NCBI RefSeq assembly: GCF_006345805.1
Contig: NC_043010.1
Coordinates: forward strand, 15,562,001-15,626,000
Length of the DNA: 64,000 nt
Origin: Octopus sinensis
Lineage: Eukaryota
Direction of reading: 5' to 3'
Position numbers and translations under genes: made by a program
The notes under the pieces: generated by a model
What the model was told of the DNA's origin: nothing
Seen by the model: only the letters and a program-made list of their open reading frames with translations
Database searches by the model: none
Part shown: piece after piece, positions 24,151-38,901 of the stretch
Position numbering within the stretch: position 1 is the first letter of the stretch
How the letters are laid out: every line of letters starts with the position of its first letter

Positions 24151-25222
24151 ACACATATATGTGTATGTGTGTGTGTTTATGTATTTGTGTATGTATATAT
24201 ATATACATACATACATACATACATATACATACATACATACACACATACATACATACATACATACATACATACATACATACATACACACATACATACATAC
24301 ACACATACATACATACATACATACACATACACACATACACACATACATACATATCGTTATAATCGAAAATGGGATGGATTTTTCTATAGATCTTGGTAGC
24401 TTTTAAGACGCATTGGTGCCATTGACTGTTAAGTAAAACTGGAAAGTGAGAGGAGAAGAAAGAGAAGAAGAAAAAGAGGCGTGGAAAATAGGGAGGGGGG
24501 CACATGAAAAGGGACAACGAGGCAACGACATAAATATGAAGGAGTTCAATGGCGAGTGTATGTATGTGTGTAGATGTATGTATATGTGTGTGTATGTGTG
24601 TATGTATGTATGTATGTATGTATGTTGTATGTATGTATGTATGTATGTATGTATGTATATATGTACGATTGTATGTATGGATATATGTATGATTGTATGT
24701 ATGTATGTATTGCATGTATGTATGTATGTATGTATGTATGACTGTATGTGTGTATGTATGTATGTATGTATGTGTGTATGTATATATGTATGTATGTGTG
24801 ATGGTCTGTATGTATGCATGTATGATTGTATATACGTACGTATGTATGTTTGTATGTATATATGTATGTGTGACTATATGTATGTTGTATGTATGTGTGA
24901 CTGTATGTTTGTATGTATGTATGTATGTATGTATGTATGTATGTATGTATGTATGTATGTATGTTTGTGTGCATGTATGTATGTATGTGACTGTATGCAT
25001 GTATGTATGTTTGAATGTGTGTGTATATATATGTATGTATATATGGATAGATGGTTGTATACCTGTATGTATGTGAATGTATTTATGTGTGTACGTGCAT
25101 CATATATATATATGTCTTAGTATGATTGTGTGTGAGTTTGTGTGTGTGTGTGTTTGTGTGTGTGTGCGTACGTGCATATAGATATATATATATAAACGAA
25201 CATATTTATGAATGTCTATCTA

Positions 25223-25269
<47 letters not shown>

Positions 25270-25653
25270 GCCTGTTTGTATGTGTATACATGGATGCATT
25301 TATGTATGTAAATATGTATATATAAAAATGTGTGTGTGCGTGTTTGAATATATCCATATAATATATACCCACAGACCAGTTAGCAAATAGATGCAAAAGC
25401 AAGGTGGAAAAGTAGACCTTGAATACCAAAAGTAGAGGAAAATGCTTTTTTTTTTTATTAAAGCCGGAAAAAACTTCAGAATCTGTTACTCCGTATTTTG
25501 TGAAGCCCTTCGTCAGATAGTTGTGATAATAAAGAATAATGAAAAGTTAAAATGTCATTATTCTGTACTCTCGTAATTGTCTGACGAACGGTCACATGAA
25601 ACCCCGAGTAGCAATTTGTGAAGTGTTTTTTGGCTTCAATAATAATAATAATG

Positions 25654-25695
<42 letters not shown>

Positions 25696-25820
25696 TCTGC
25701 TATAGGCACAAGAGCTGAAATTGTGGGAGAGGGGAATTTGTACTAAGAACGTAGCGACGGGCGAAATACCGCTAAGAATTTTGTCCAGCGTGCTAATGAT
25801 TCTGCCAACTCGCCGCCTTA

Positions 25821-25883
<63 letters not shown>

Positions 25884-26049
25884 TAATAATAATAATAACA
25901 ACAACAACAACAACAACAACAACGGGAGCACTCAGAGAGTGCAAACATCCGCCAAAGCAACACCAAATGTCCTCTCAACGATTAATCGGAGATGATTTTT
26001 AAATTGAAAATATTTATAATAAACTCGACTGCTCTCACAAACGAGAATA

Positions 26050-26286
26050 CTAAAAATGAACCTGACCCCTCTCAAAAATTAAATAAAAAAAAAAAGACAG
26101 GAAAAATAATCCAGAATCCTTGTCTGGCACCGGTTCGATCCCAAAATCTAAGTTTGTGACAGTCACGAAACTAAACATCCCTGAAAGTTTCATCCGAATC
26201 CATCCAGCGGTTCTTGAGATATCTTGTCCACGGACAAACAAACAAACACGACGGAAAACCATACCTCCGCCTTAGCGAAGGCGGAG

Positions 26287-26289
<3 letters not shown>
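26050..26289. mobile_element. Helentron-like non-autonomous element end
   Basis: (ACAA)n microsatellite followed by a 12-bp terminal hairpin TACCTCCGCCTT-agcg-AAGGCGGAGGTA (26262-26289). Confidence 0.55.
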
Positions 26290-26378
<89 letters not shown>

Positions 26379-26609
26379 TCTTTACTACCCACAAGGGGCT
26401 AAACACAGAGAGGATAAACAAGGACAGACATAGGGATTAAGTCGATTACATCGACCGCAGTGCGAAACTGGTACTTTATTTATCGACCCCGAAAGGATGA
26501 AAAGCAAAGTCGACCTCGGCGGAATTTGAACTCAGAACGCAACGACAGACGAAATACCGCTAAGCATTTCGCTCGGCACGCTAACGTTTCTGCCAGCTCG
26601 CCGCCTCGA

Positions 26610-26960
26610 GACAGCATGCGCCGGTGACAACAGGATCAAAGAGTAAGAAGAAAAACTGAACAACTATGGCGATTTGAAGCGGGAAATACGAAGGTTGTGG
26701 TCAACGAGGAGAGCAGACGTGTTACCAATAGTAATTAGCACATTTGGAATTATCAGCTCTCAGCGAACAACATGGCTGAAAAATATTGGTATAAATGTAA
26801 AGGTAGAACATCTACAAAAATCAACATTTCTTATTACTTCAAGAATTCTTCGCAGGGTTCTTGAAGCACGACCATTGAACAAGTGTCGCCTTAATCCGCT
26901 GGCTGTGGACAGCTGACACTTTCCATCATGCCCAGCAAAATAAGCTGAGTTTTCATCAAA
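26610..26960 (+). mobile_element. Degenerate R4/Dong-type 3' end
   Basis: YGDLKREIRRLW..VLPIVISTFG..LQKSTFLITSRILRRVL followed by a (TAA)n tail; a second weaker relic lies at ~27110-27365. Confidence 0.7.
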
Positions 26961-28173
26961 TAATAATAATAATGATGATAATGCTGACGATGATGATGAT
27001 GATGATGATGAGATGAGGAGGAGGAGCAGGAGGAGAAGGAGCAGGAGGAGCAGGAGGAGAAGGAGCAGGTGGAGGATATTGCTATACTTGAGGAATCACG
27101 TATAGGATACAAAGACGATTATAAATATTGTAGATTATAAATATTGCCATACCTGAGGACACTCGAAGGAGACAAAGTGCTCCAAAAGGTTAAAAAATAA
27201 AATGCAATTTACTAAAAGATAAAATTGCAAAAATGTGGGCAATGAAAAAAGTAGCTGTCAGTCCAGAAGCCGAAGGAGCACTGGGAACACTAACAACAAA
27301 GTTTGGGAAGTTTGTCGGAGAAACTGGAATTGACAAGGGTATAGAACGTGCTCAAAAACTCGTGCAACACTTTCATTCAATCGGAACTTCGTCAGCCATC
27401 AGCCATTACGGAGGTCTTCTTTCAAGTTCTCGAGGAAAAAATTTAAATATGAATTGAAGTTCGAATTTAGTTCGCTTGTTGTATTTGATAATGTTTTATA
27501 TTAGCGACTAATGTGGAATGTCTCTGCAAGACAGAGTTCGCAGCGACTTGCTCCGCCTTAAAATACCTGTAAATTAAGAACGAAGATTCAAACAAGCGTC
27601 ACGTAAAGAATTCCAATATACAACTGGCGATGTACAGAGCTTTGCTCCCTTAAGGGCAAATGCTTAGATGAAAGTATTGTATACCATACAACTGTCTATG
27701 AGGTGGTGTCAAAACGTTTCCCGACTAGTTCTGTAGCGCGCCAACAGATGGCAAAGCAACTGCGCCCAACTGTTTCACCTTTTTACCTTATATTTGTTCC
27801 AGTTATTAAACTGCGGCCATGCTGGGGCACTGTCTTTTACCGAACCGCTAAGTTATGAGGACGTAAACACACCAACACCGCTTGTCAATCGTTGGTGGGG
27901 GACAAATACCGACACATAGACACACACACACACAAATATATATGTATGTATGTATATATATATATATATATTCCTCCCCACCACTACAAACTCAATAACA
28001 CTATAAAATGGTCAAAACTTTTCACACGGGAACTTAGTTCGATTTGAAAACCCCACTAGAATGGGAGAAAGCGCTAATACATTATCTAAGTTATATGATG
28101 TATAAAAACATGTAATATACAAATTAAATATCTGTAAATATAAAACCACCCGAATTTCTGAGTACCTCATTTC

Positions 28174-28278
<105 letters not shown>

Positions 28279-28349
28279 GGGGAGAGAGAGAGAAAATAGT
28301 AATATATATATATATATATAGAAAATACACATACATATATCGCCATGAT

Positions 28350-28540
28350 AGACCGTTAGCTCCCACACGCATTTTTTTCTCTCCTTGTTTCTTTTCTGTG
28401 TATCTTTCTGTCGAAGAGCGTAGGCTCGAAACATAAAAGACTTGTTCTATTTCTATTCCTGAGCGCCATACTAATACATTTGTTTGTTTGTACTCCACCT
28501 GCCTTCGTCTTTTGTTTATTTTCGTAAACCTTCCCGTTAT
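28350..28540 (+). mobile_element. Penelope-like element end (family B) with variant hammerhead motif
   Basis: tcttt CTGTCGA-A-GAGC-gtag-GCTC-GAAAC-ATA aaaga; copies at 33250-33430, 38660-38865, 49770-49850(-) and 58690-58850(-). Confidence 0.55.
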
Positions 28541-30272
28541 ATATATATGTATATATATACATATATATACGACAAGCTTCTTTCAGCTCCCGTCAGCCAA
28601 ATCCACTCTGAAAACTTTGGCAGGCCAAAGGCTATAGTAGAAGACACTGGCTCAAGGTACCACGCAGTGGGACAGAACCCGGAACCATGTGGTCCAGAAG
28701 CAAGCTTTTTACCACACGGCCATGCCTGTAAATTTAAACATAAGAAATTCATTCATTGCTCTTTGTCGACACCTAACCCCCAATTATTTTCTGAGGAATT
28801 TCAAAAAAGGAGGAATCTGTTAGTGCAAACAGCCGCCATCAGCACCATCCTTGGTATGTTAGCAAGTACTCTATTGTTAGATGTAGTTGAGCATCGTCGA
28901 CGATCTGTGACTGATCGGAAGCATCACTTCGGACAAATGACTAACAACGATTGACAAAACGTGCACCGCCTTCACCACCCGACAATTAACTCATTTGTTT
29001 TCAAACCAGTTGATGTTTGCAGTTGGCTGACGGGGGCGACTGAATGGAGGCATAGTCTGGGGCTGTAATCTCTGATTGCCTAACACGTAATTAAATTGAA
29101 CGCGCACGCACACACACACACACACACACATACATACATACACACACACATATATATAAATATACAAATACAAAAATCCAGACATGTATACACACATACA
29201 CACATGCACATCTATACATACATATGCCTACATTAATGAATAAATACATTCATACACACAGACGAGCACACACACTCACACACACTCACACACACACATA
29301 TATATACACACTTGCTTACACACAGACGTACACACGCACACATGCATACACACACACTTATATATATACACACACTTGCATACACACAGACGTACACACA
29401 CACACAAATACACAAACACACACACACAAATACACAAAAACATACACACACATACACACAAACACACACACACACAAATACACAAACACACACAAATACA
29501 CAAACACACACACACACACACACACTTTGCGAAATACTAAGCGCACATAATTTAATATTTCATTCGTCACCGAACCATTCCATAACCACCACCCCAGCCG
29601 CCTACACGACCCATTCTCCCTACCATCCAAACCACCCGACCCCACCCGATCACTAATCTCCTTCCTATCTCTAACCCCACCACCTCAACCACCCAGAACT
29701 TAGCGAGAACCAAAACCGGAAGTATCACCGTAGCAGGCGGGAACTTCCTGTTGGGATGGGAGTGGAGGGAGGCGCTTACATAGATTTATACACACCACAC
29801 GGTCTGTCGCTGTGCGATTTTTTATCAATCACCTACCGAACTTCACACCCGGCTCTCAGCTCTTACCCTAACTTAATACCCTGTTTGAGACCCCACCCAA
29901 GCAATATCTCCCTATCTCTATCCCTCGCCAACTATTTCGTTCACAATTTACTTACAGATTCTCACCCCGCCCGTCCTACACTGTATTTCTGAGGAAATCA
30001 TTTAACAAGAGAATTTATAACCGCCATTTTTTTTTTTGCTTTTTAAATAATCGAAGATGAATTTTTCATTCTTTTATTTTTATTCTTTTACTGGGGGTGA
30101 TGATGATGATGATGATGAAGATGATGATGATGATGATGATGTTGTTGATGTTATTCCTGGTGGTGGTCGTCGTCGTAGTCGTAATGATGATGACGGCCTC
30201 TCGCATAAGGAATGATGCAAGAGCCATCATCATTATCATCATCACCCCCTCTATCATCATCATCACCCCCAC

Positions 30273-30313
<41 letters not shown>

Positions 30314-30960
30314 CTCGCTTTGATTTCGTACCACAGGTCTGTGATAAAAAAAACAAAACAAGCAAAACAAAACAAAAAAAGCAAAGAAAGTTTGAAAGAA
30401 AAGCTTTGTTACCGAAGAAGCTGCAGGATAATCTTGTTTGAAATAGAGTAAGTTTGTTGCCGAGCTTATTTCAGTTTCACTTCCTAATTACGTAATCCGA
30501 GATTATGTACTGTGTACCCCATATAAAGACCATGGATTGCACCTAGAAAGTTCTCTTCCAAGGCACAAGTCTGGACAAGGTTGTTTATGGATGACCAGCA
30601 GTCGCCCATGCAAACCAGCTCCCACTCTCCTTGACACTGATGATATCTAAAAAAAAAAAGGCAAAGAGACCGAAACAGCTTGGCACCTGTGATGTCGCAA
30701 CTCATTTCTACGGCTGAGTGAACTGGAGCAACATGAAATAAAGTGTTTTGCTCAAGAACACAACACGCAGCCCGGTGCGGAAATCGAACTCACTACCGCA
30801 TAATTGCGAGATCGATGCTCTAACCACTGAGCCATGCGCCTTCAATACTCTATAGAGCAGAGATAATAAAACGTATATAATAGAAGGTAGACGTCCAAAG
30901 CGCAAATAGATCGATGTAGATCCCTTTTACAGCAACAGTGCACAAATATGTAGACAGCTT

Positions 30961-31345
30961 TACTCTCTCTTTTCTCTTTTACTTGTTTCAGTCATTTGAC
31001 TGCGGCCATGCTGGAACACCGCCTTTAGTCGAGCAAATCGACCCCGGGACTTATTCTTTGTAAGCCCAGTACTTATTCTATCGGTCTCTTTTGCCGAACC
31101 GCTAAGTGACGGGGACGTAAACACACCAGCATCGGTTGTCAAGCAATGCTAGGGGGACAAACACAGACACTTAAACACATAGACACACCCATATATATAT
31201 ACATATATACGACAGGCTTCTTTCAGTTTCCGTCTACCAAATCCACTCACAAGGCTTTGGTCGGCCCGAAGCTATATTAGAAAACACTTGCCCAAGGTGC
31301 CACGCAGTGGGACTGAACCCGGAACCATGTGGTTGGTAAGCAAGC
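30961..31345 (-). mobile_element. SINE family 1 copy
   Basis: Reverse complement of 19504-19920. Confidence 0.9.
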
Positions 31346-32017
31346 TGACAGCTTTATTTATTTATTTTCTACTTTTTACTTGTTTTAATCATTGGACTAC
31401 AGCCATACTGGGGCAGTCTTGGAGAGTTTTAGCTGAACGAATCAACCCCAGATTTACGGTTTTTAAAAAAAAAGTCTTGAACTTATTCTGTCAATCATTT
31501 TTGTGGAGCCGGTAAGTTAAGAGGGTGTAAACAAAACAATACACATAGGCTTCCAAAATGTTTCTGTCTTCCAAATCTGCTCACAAAGCATTGGTCGGCT
31601 CGGGGCTATAATAGAAAATTCCTTGTCTAAAGTGCCACGCAGTGGAACTGAACCCGATACCGCATTGCCGCACAGAGAGATTCTTAACCACACACCCATG
31701 TCTACCAAATAATTATTACTAATTTAGGCATAAGGTAAAAGAGAAAAATGAGGGGAGAGTGTTAGTCGATCATATGGATCCTAGTACTTGGCTAGTTCTT
31801 TATTTTATCGACCCTGGAAGGACGAAAAGCAATGTTGACCTCGGCTGGTTTTGAAAGCAGATAGGTCTATGTAGAACTCACAGATACAACTGAAACATGT
31901 AAAATAACTCATGTAACTGCTCTGTGATGAATTAATCTATTTACGGCTATGAGTGAGAATATAGAACAGGTTTACCCCTGCTTTGCTAGCCTAGGGAACA
32001 GGACACATCTTTCTAAA

Positions 32018-32192
32018 TACACGAGGGGGTGCTGAAAAGTTCTGGACTTTAAAGGTATGGCGAATGGCCTGTTTGAAGGCCCAACATTCGGAGTTATTTT
32101 ACAGGGCTTAGAAAAAAACTGAAGGAGTGTTGCAATAAGTATATGAATCTGAGGAGGGAAGATGTTGAATATAATCATAATTAACTGATCCA
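32018..32192 (+). mobile_element. Mariner-derived non-autonomous fragment
   Basis: Begins acgagggggtgctgaaaagtt (mariner-type end); homologous to 33015-33185. Confidence 0.65.
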
Positions 32193-33014
32193 TTTATATT
32201 TACTTTTACCCAAAACCAGGAACCTTTCTGCAACCCCTTGTATATGTATCCAGACATCTGAAGAAAGCCATGAACGAAACAGGCACGGCAGGTGAAATTA
32301 GCTCGCGGAGGATCTAGTTGATATGAGACCGCAAGTGGAAAACATAAGTAGGTAACAACTAGTTTAGTCCTTGTAGCCCCACTCAGGAGAAATGTACATG
32401 GGAAAAAATGGCAAAACGCTTGGGATCTTGGGATCCCTACTGACATTATGGAAGGGCTTCCAGTTCTGCTGTGTCTTGAGAAGAGCTTGCAAAACCTCTG
32501 GGTAACTCCTGCACACACATTCATACATACATACATACATACATACATACATACATACATACATACATACATACGTACATACATACGTACATATATATAC
32601 ATACATACATACATGTATACATACATACATACATACGTACGTACATACGTACATACATATACATACATACATACATACATACATACGTACGTACATACAT
32701 ACGTACATACATACATACATACATACATACATACGTACATACATATACATACATACATACATACATACATACATACGTACATACATACGTACATACATAT
32801 ACATACATACATACATACATACATACGTACATACATATACATACATAATACATACATATAATTCATGTATATGTATGTATGTATGTTTGTATGTATGTAT
32901 ATTTATTTATGTACGTATGTATGTATGTATGTGTGTGTGTGTGTATGTATGTATGTACGTAGTATGTATGTATGTATGTATGTATGTATGTATGTATGCA
33001 GGTAGGTAGGTATA

Positions 33015-33185
33015 TACGAGGGTGTACTGAAAAGTTCCTGGCTTTAAGCGTGTCGCAAAAGGCCTGGTTGGAGGCCCAACGTTCCGAGTTCTTTTACAGG
33101 GCTTACAAAAAAACTGAAGGACCGCTGCAATAAGAATTTGAATCTGAGAGGGAAATATGTTGAATAAAATTAGAATTAACTGATA
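33015..33185 (+). mobile_element. Mariner-derived non-autonomous fragment
   Basis: TA-cgagggtgtactgaaaagtt terminus; encodes a relic transposase C-terminus KKLKDRCNKNLNLRGKYVE*. Confidence 0.7.
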
Positions 33186-33604
33186 TATATTATCAACTGA
33201 TTAGAATTAAATGATTTAGAATTAACTGATTAGAATTAACTGATCATGATAGATCGCTAGCCACTAAACCTTTCCTATTTTCTCTCCCTGTTTATTTCCG
33301 TGTTCCTTTCTGTTGAAGAGTGTACGCTCGAAACGTAAAAGAGTTTTTCACTTCCCGAGCGTTAAACTAATACATTTGTTTGTTAACACACCTGTCTTTG
33401 TCTTTTGTTTCATTTTTTTTTTGTAAATTTACACGAGGCTTTCGTCCACCTGATCAGCCGAAATTGATGATCCGGTTCTTGAGGATAAAAAGCTTCGAAT
33501 GACCCGTCCTAGTTTTTTTGTATCGTCTATCTGAATGTTTTGTTGTCCCTTTTTGTATCACCTAACTGTTTGGATGTTTTGTGTTCTTGTCCATTTTGTA
33601 TTTC

Positions 33605-33650
<46 letters not shown>

Positions 33651-33715
33651 CTATACACGTATATATGTACACGCACCACACACATATATATACAATATAT
33701 ATATATATATTATAT

Positions 33716-33760
<45 letters not shown>

Positions 33761-34209
33761 TATATATATATACATACAAACGCAGCCGTGGCTTTGTAGT
33801 AACAAGCTTGCTTCCCAAACACACACCTCCGGGTTCAGTCCCACCGCATAGCACCTTGGGCAAACGTCTTCTACTATAGCCTTGGGTGGACGAAAGCCTC
33901 GTGAGTGTATTTGGTAGACGTATACATGTCTACACACATGTATGTTTGTGTGAATATATTCATGTGTGTGTGTGTGTGTGTCTATGCGTCTGTGTCTCCC
34001 CCACCATCGTTTGGCAGCAGGTGTTGGTGTGTTTACGCCCCTTTAACCTAGCAGTTCGGCATAAGAGACCGATAGAGTAAATACTACGCTTACAAAGAAT
34101 ATTCCTCGGGATCGATTTCTTCGACTACAACCCAGTATGGCCGCAGTCAAATAACTGAAACAATTAAAAGAAAGAATATATTACTATCATATCATCATCA
34201 TCATCATCA

Positions 34210-34282
<73 letters not shown>

Positions 34283-34589
34283 AGAATTGTTCTGACTCTT
34301 ATTTCTAGCAATGCTGGTGCTGGTTTGCAGCCTTAGTCACCTTAGTGATGTCTATACTTGTGCCTTTTGCGAATAAGCCAACTTAAATAATTGTGTGTGT
34401 GTGTGTTGTGTGTGTGTGACCGTGTGGTAAGAAATTTGCTTCCCAACCATATGGTTCCGGGTTCAGTCCCACTGCAGGGAACCTTCGACCATTGTCTTCT
34501 ACTATAGCCTCGGGCCGACGAAAGCTTTGAGAGCGGATTTCGTACACGGAAACTGAAAGAAGTTCGTCGTATATATGTATGCACATACA

Positions 34590-34621
<32 letters not shown>

Positions 34622-34989
34622 CTATATATATATACATACACACACGCACACACATATACATATATATATACACATACAGACACATACACACATATATATA
34701 TATTTATTTATAATGTGTTTGTGTGCATGTTTTTGTTTGTCCCCCACCCCACCCCACCCACTGACAACTGGTGACGGTGTGTTTACGTTCTCGTGACGTA
34801 GCGGTTCGGCAAAGGGCGAACGAAAGAATAAGTACCAGGGTTTAAACATAAATTAGCGGGGGTCGATTAGTTCGACTGAAATTCTTTAAAAAAATCAATG
34901 CTCTAGCATGGGCGCAGTCTAATCGACCGAAAGAAGCCGAAGAAAAAAAAGCACACAAGAAATATAAGAAACACACACACACACACACA

Positions 34990-35044
<55 letters not shown>

Positions 35045-35287
35045 CGTATGTAGTGCGCGTGTGTGTGTGTAGTATATAGAGGGCGTGGAGGCATGCGCGA
35101 TGCTTGGTGCCATGAAGTCGCATGCGTCACTTACTTCCTGTTGCCTGTCTGTAGAAAGCTTTGAGTGTCTAGATTTATAAAGATTGCTTCAGCGATTTCG
35201 CCGTCGTTCAGTTATCTTTTTTATCTCTTTTAGGATAACAATATTATAGATACACGTTTCTCTGTCTCTCTCTCTCTCTCTCTCTCC

Positions 35288-35319
<32 letters not shown>

Positions 35320-35514
35320 GCTCTCTCTCTAATGTGGTGTTTATGTGATGATTAAACGTGTAGTATCGGGTGCTTCCCTGTTACTTGTCTGTTCACCCGC
35401 ACTGAATTTCGGCAGTGTAAACTTTCCTCACCAGGAGTTCTCAACCATTTTCTATCTACGAACCCTTTTGATTACTATTTCATTCTGAAGGATCCCAACC
35501 CCATAACTATTTGA

Positions 35515-35946
35515 GGATCTTTTCGGTTTGAACGGCAGTTTTTAACAATTTCTAGGTAGCTAAAAAATTTTAAACTTCGTATACTGGTAGAATGTGTTTA
35601 GAAAACATATTTTTCTCTTGGATTTATTGAGAAAATTCATAGTTTGTAAGATATTTGTTGTTTTTTTTCTTCAATTTCTGCAATTTCAACCAATCAGTGA
35701 CGTCCATTGAGGTAAAAAAATATTCTGTGCCGTATGAATATGTCCCTCGTTTTAGAAACAGATTGGGTTTATTTACATTTCTGAAGAAAAAAAGATACCC
35801 TTCCCCCCACCCCTAACCCTAACCCTAACTAACCCTAACCCTAAAATAGATTGAAATGCAATAGATCGATACTAGGGTCATAATTATGGGTGACAATTTC
35901 ATATGACACCGCAAGAAAAACACTGCCGTTCAAACCGAAAAGATCC
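35515..35946 (+). mobile_element. GG-terminated MITE (Merlin-like), copy 3
   Basis: Same TIRs; flanks ctatttga/ttatttga (7/8 TSD); internal CCCTAA tract at 35810-35845. Confidence 0.9.
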
Positions 35947-36409
35947 TTATTTGATGTTTAAAAACTAGTTTTACAGAATCTTCTTTCAAAATACCTATTT
36001 TAAAAATTCTTTTATTCTTTTATTTGTTTCAGTCATTTGACTGCGGCCATGCTGGAGTACCGCCTTTAGTCGAGCAAATCGACACCAGGACTTATTCTTT
36101 TGTAAGCCTGTACTTATTCTATCGGTCTCTTTTGCCGAACAGCTAAGTTACTGAGACTTAAACGCACCAGCATCAGTTGTCAAGCGATGTTGTGGGGTGG
36201 AGCCTCGTGGAGCTTGGGTGTTTTTGCTCAATAAACACTCACAATGCCCGGTCTGGGAATTGAAACCGCGCTCTTACGACCGCGAGTCCGCTGCCCTAAC
36301 CACTGGGCCACTGCGCCGCCACTCGATGTTGTTGTTGTTGTTGTCTAACACCGAGTCATCTCTGATTAATGAGACTTATTGCTTTTAATTACATTAGCGC
36401 CGTTAGAGA

Positions 36410-37210
36410 CGACTAGCTTGGCCGAAACGTTAGCACGCAATACTAGGAAGCATGTTGTGTTTACGTTCCGAGTTCAAGTTCTACTGAAGTCGGTTTTCCC
36501 TTTCAGAGTGTTGATAAAATAAGTAGCAGTTGAACACAGGGGTCGGTGCAATCGATTTACACCCGCCCCCGAAATTGCTGGCCTTGTGCCAAAACATGAA
36601 ACCAATATTAAAGGTGTTAGAGACGGCGAGCTGGCAGAATTGTTAGCACGCCGGACGAAAATGCTTAGCGGTAGTTCGTCTGCCGTTACGTCCCGAGTTC
36701 AAATTCCACCGAAGTTGGCTTTGCCTTTCATCCTTTCGGGGTCGATTAAATAAGTACCAGCTACGCACTGGGGTCGATATAATCGACTTAATCCGTTTGT
36801 CTGTCCTTGTTTGTTCCCTCTGTATTTAAGCCCCTTGTGGGTAGTAAAGAAATAGGTATTTCCCCCACTCTTTACGTTCCGAGTTCAAATTCCACCGAGG
36901 TTGGCTTTGCCTTTCATCCCTTTTGGGGTCGATAAAATATGTACCAGTTGAATATTAGGATCGAAATTGATGGCCTTGTTCCAAATTTTGAAATTATTAT
37001 ATTAAAACCGTTTGAGGCGACGAAATAGCAAAGTACTTTCCTATGTTTCGTCTGTCCTTACGTTCTGAGTTCAAATCCCACCGTGGTCGAGTCTGTCTTC
37101 ATCCCTTTTGGAGGTCCATAAAATAAGTACTAGTCAAATACTGAAGGTTGATGTAATCCCCTCCCCTCAGAAACTGCTGGGCCTATGTAAAAATTCGAAA
37201 CCATTACATC
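36410..37210 (+). mobile_element. Cluster of SINE family 2 copies
   Basis: ggcgagctggcagaattgttagcacgccgg..gagttcaaattcc (B box)..gcctttcatcctttcggggtcgat repeated about four times. Further copies at 26380-26606(-), 42191-42410, 42955-43290 and 59100-59510. Confidence 0.85.
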
Positions 37211-37453
37211 AAAGGCGTTGTTGTCTATCATCCTGTCGTTTTCTCCTCTTTCGGGGGCGGGATGGGGTAGCCAGAAGTGGGGGCAGTGTGGTTGAATAGT
37301 TAAAAAGTTCATTTCGCAACCGCACTGTACCGAGTTCGATTCCTCTTCGTGGCATCTTCAGTAACTGTCTTTTTCTGTAGCCTCGGATCGACCCCACTGT
37401 CTTTTGAGTAGTATTTGATAGATGGAGTCTCTTTGGAAGCCCATCAAATAGAG

Positions 37454-37654
37454 CAGTGCTTTTCAAACTTTTTGCTGGAGCAGAACCCCAAGGAAACATT
37501 CCACTGGCTCGAGGAACCCATGTGCAATAATTTAATAGTCTTTTGCACACATATCTGCACAGGAGAATTATAAATTACTGCCGATTTTAGCAGTTTTGTA
37601 ACTTCTTGCGGAACCCCTGGACTGTACTGGCGGAACCCTGGTTGAAAACCACTG
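37454..37654. mobile_element. hAT-type MITE
   Basis: TIR CAGTGCTTTTCAA / TTGAAAACCACTG, with a perfect 8-bp TSD AAATAGAG on both sides. Confidence 0.9.
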
Positions 37655-38863
37655 AAATAGAGTATACCTGTAATTCGAAGTGTACAGCCTTCCCACAAAC
37701 CGTGTCCCTGTGATTCTACCTGAGAATCACCTTCGATGAGGGACTCGTATCTACGTTACAGATACGCCCGGTCACAACGTCAATGAAGGAAAAAGTAATT
37801 CAGCTAATCGATTAACTGAATCCTCCTCGTCAAGCGACGGAGACCCACCACATATTAGAATATCTCATGTTCTTCTTTTAAAGACAGTACGGCGTAAGTT
37901 GGCGCAGTCTCGGTCTGTATTTCTATCGGGTTCAGCGACGACCGCCATAAGAGGCTCCGCTCTGGCTCGCAGGAGTAGCCATGTTTCGCTTGACTGCGTT
38001 GCTCAACACTCGAGTTTTGTTTGTAAACTGACAGCAGGAAAAAAGCTATTTTTACTTTTGTGTTGAGGACAATCGAATGTTCTGGGAAGTCCTCTTCTCT
38101 TGCTCTATATGGTTATCTCTATTATATCTGGGTTAATATTACTGTTCTATTTTTATTTTATAATCAAATGGTTTTTTTTTTTATAATTTACTTTCAATAC
38201 AGCCACCACTCCCCACTCTTGTATTTTTGTTTTTAAACCCTCTAATGTCCCTCCCTGGACGCCCTTGTGGCAAATACATTATTATTGTTCTTTTTCCTTT
38301 CTTTGGTAGTCGTATTTTTATTACGCACATTCATTGCGCAACCAAGCCAAATGCAGAATATATTCAATATATTTCATCATGTTTCCTATTTCTAATGAAC
38401 TACGCCTAGTACATCTTTTATTTTTTTCTTATTTCATTGTTTAGACTGCGGCCATGCTGGGGCGCCGCGTTCAAGAATTTTAGTTGAACGACTTGACCCC
38501 AGTACTTATTCATTTTAAAGCCTGATACTTATTCTGTTGGCTCCTTTCGCAGAACTGTTAAGTTACGGGGATGTAAGCACACCAGTACCGGTTGTCAAGC
38601 GCTGGCGGGGGACAAACACAGACACACACAATCGCGCGCAAGCATACACGCATATCCATGTTGATTCGTTAGCTACTGCACGCATTTTTTTTCTCTCCTT
38701 CTTTCTGTGTTTTTTTTCTCTCTGTGTATCTTTCTGTTGAAGAGCGTAGGCTCGAAACGTTAAAGACTTGTTTTATTTATATTTCCTGAGCGCCATACTA
38801 ATACAATTGTTCGTTTGTTTTCCACCTGCCTTCGTCTTTTGTCTATTTTCATAAAGCTTCCCG

Positions 38864-38901
<38 letters not shown>

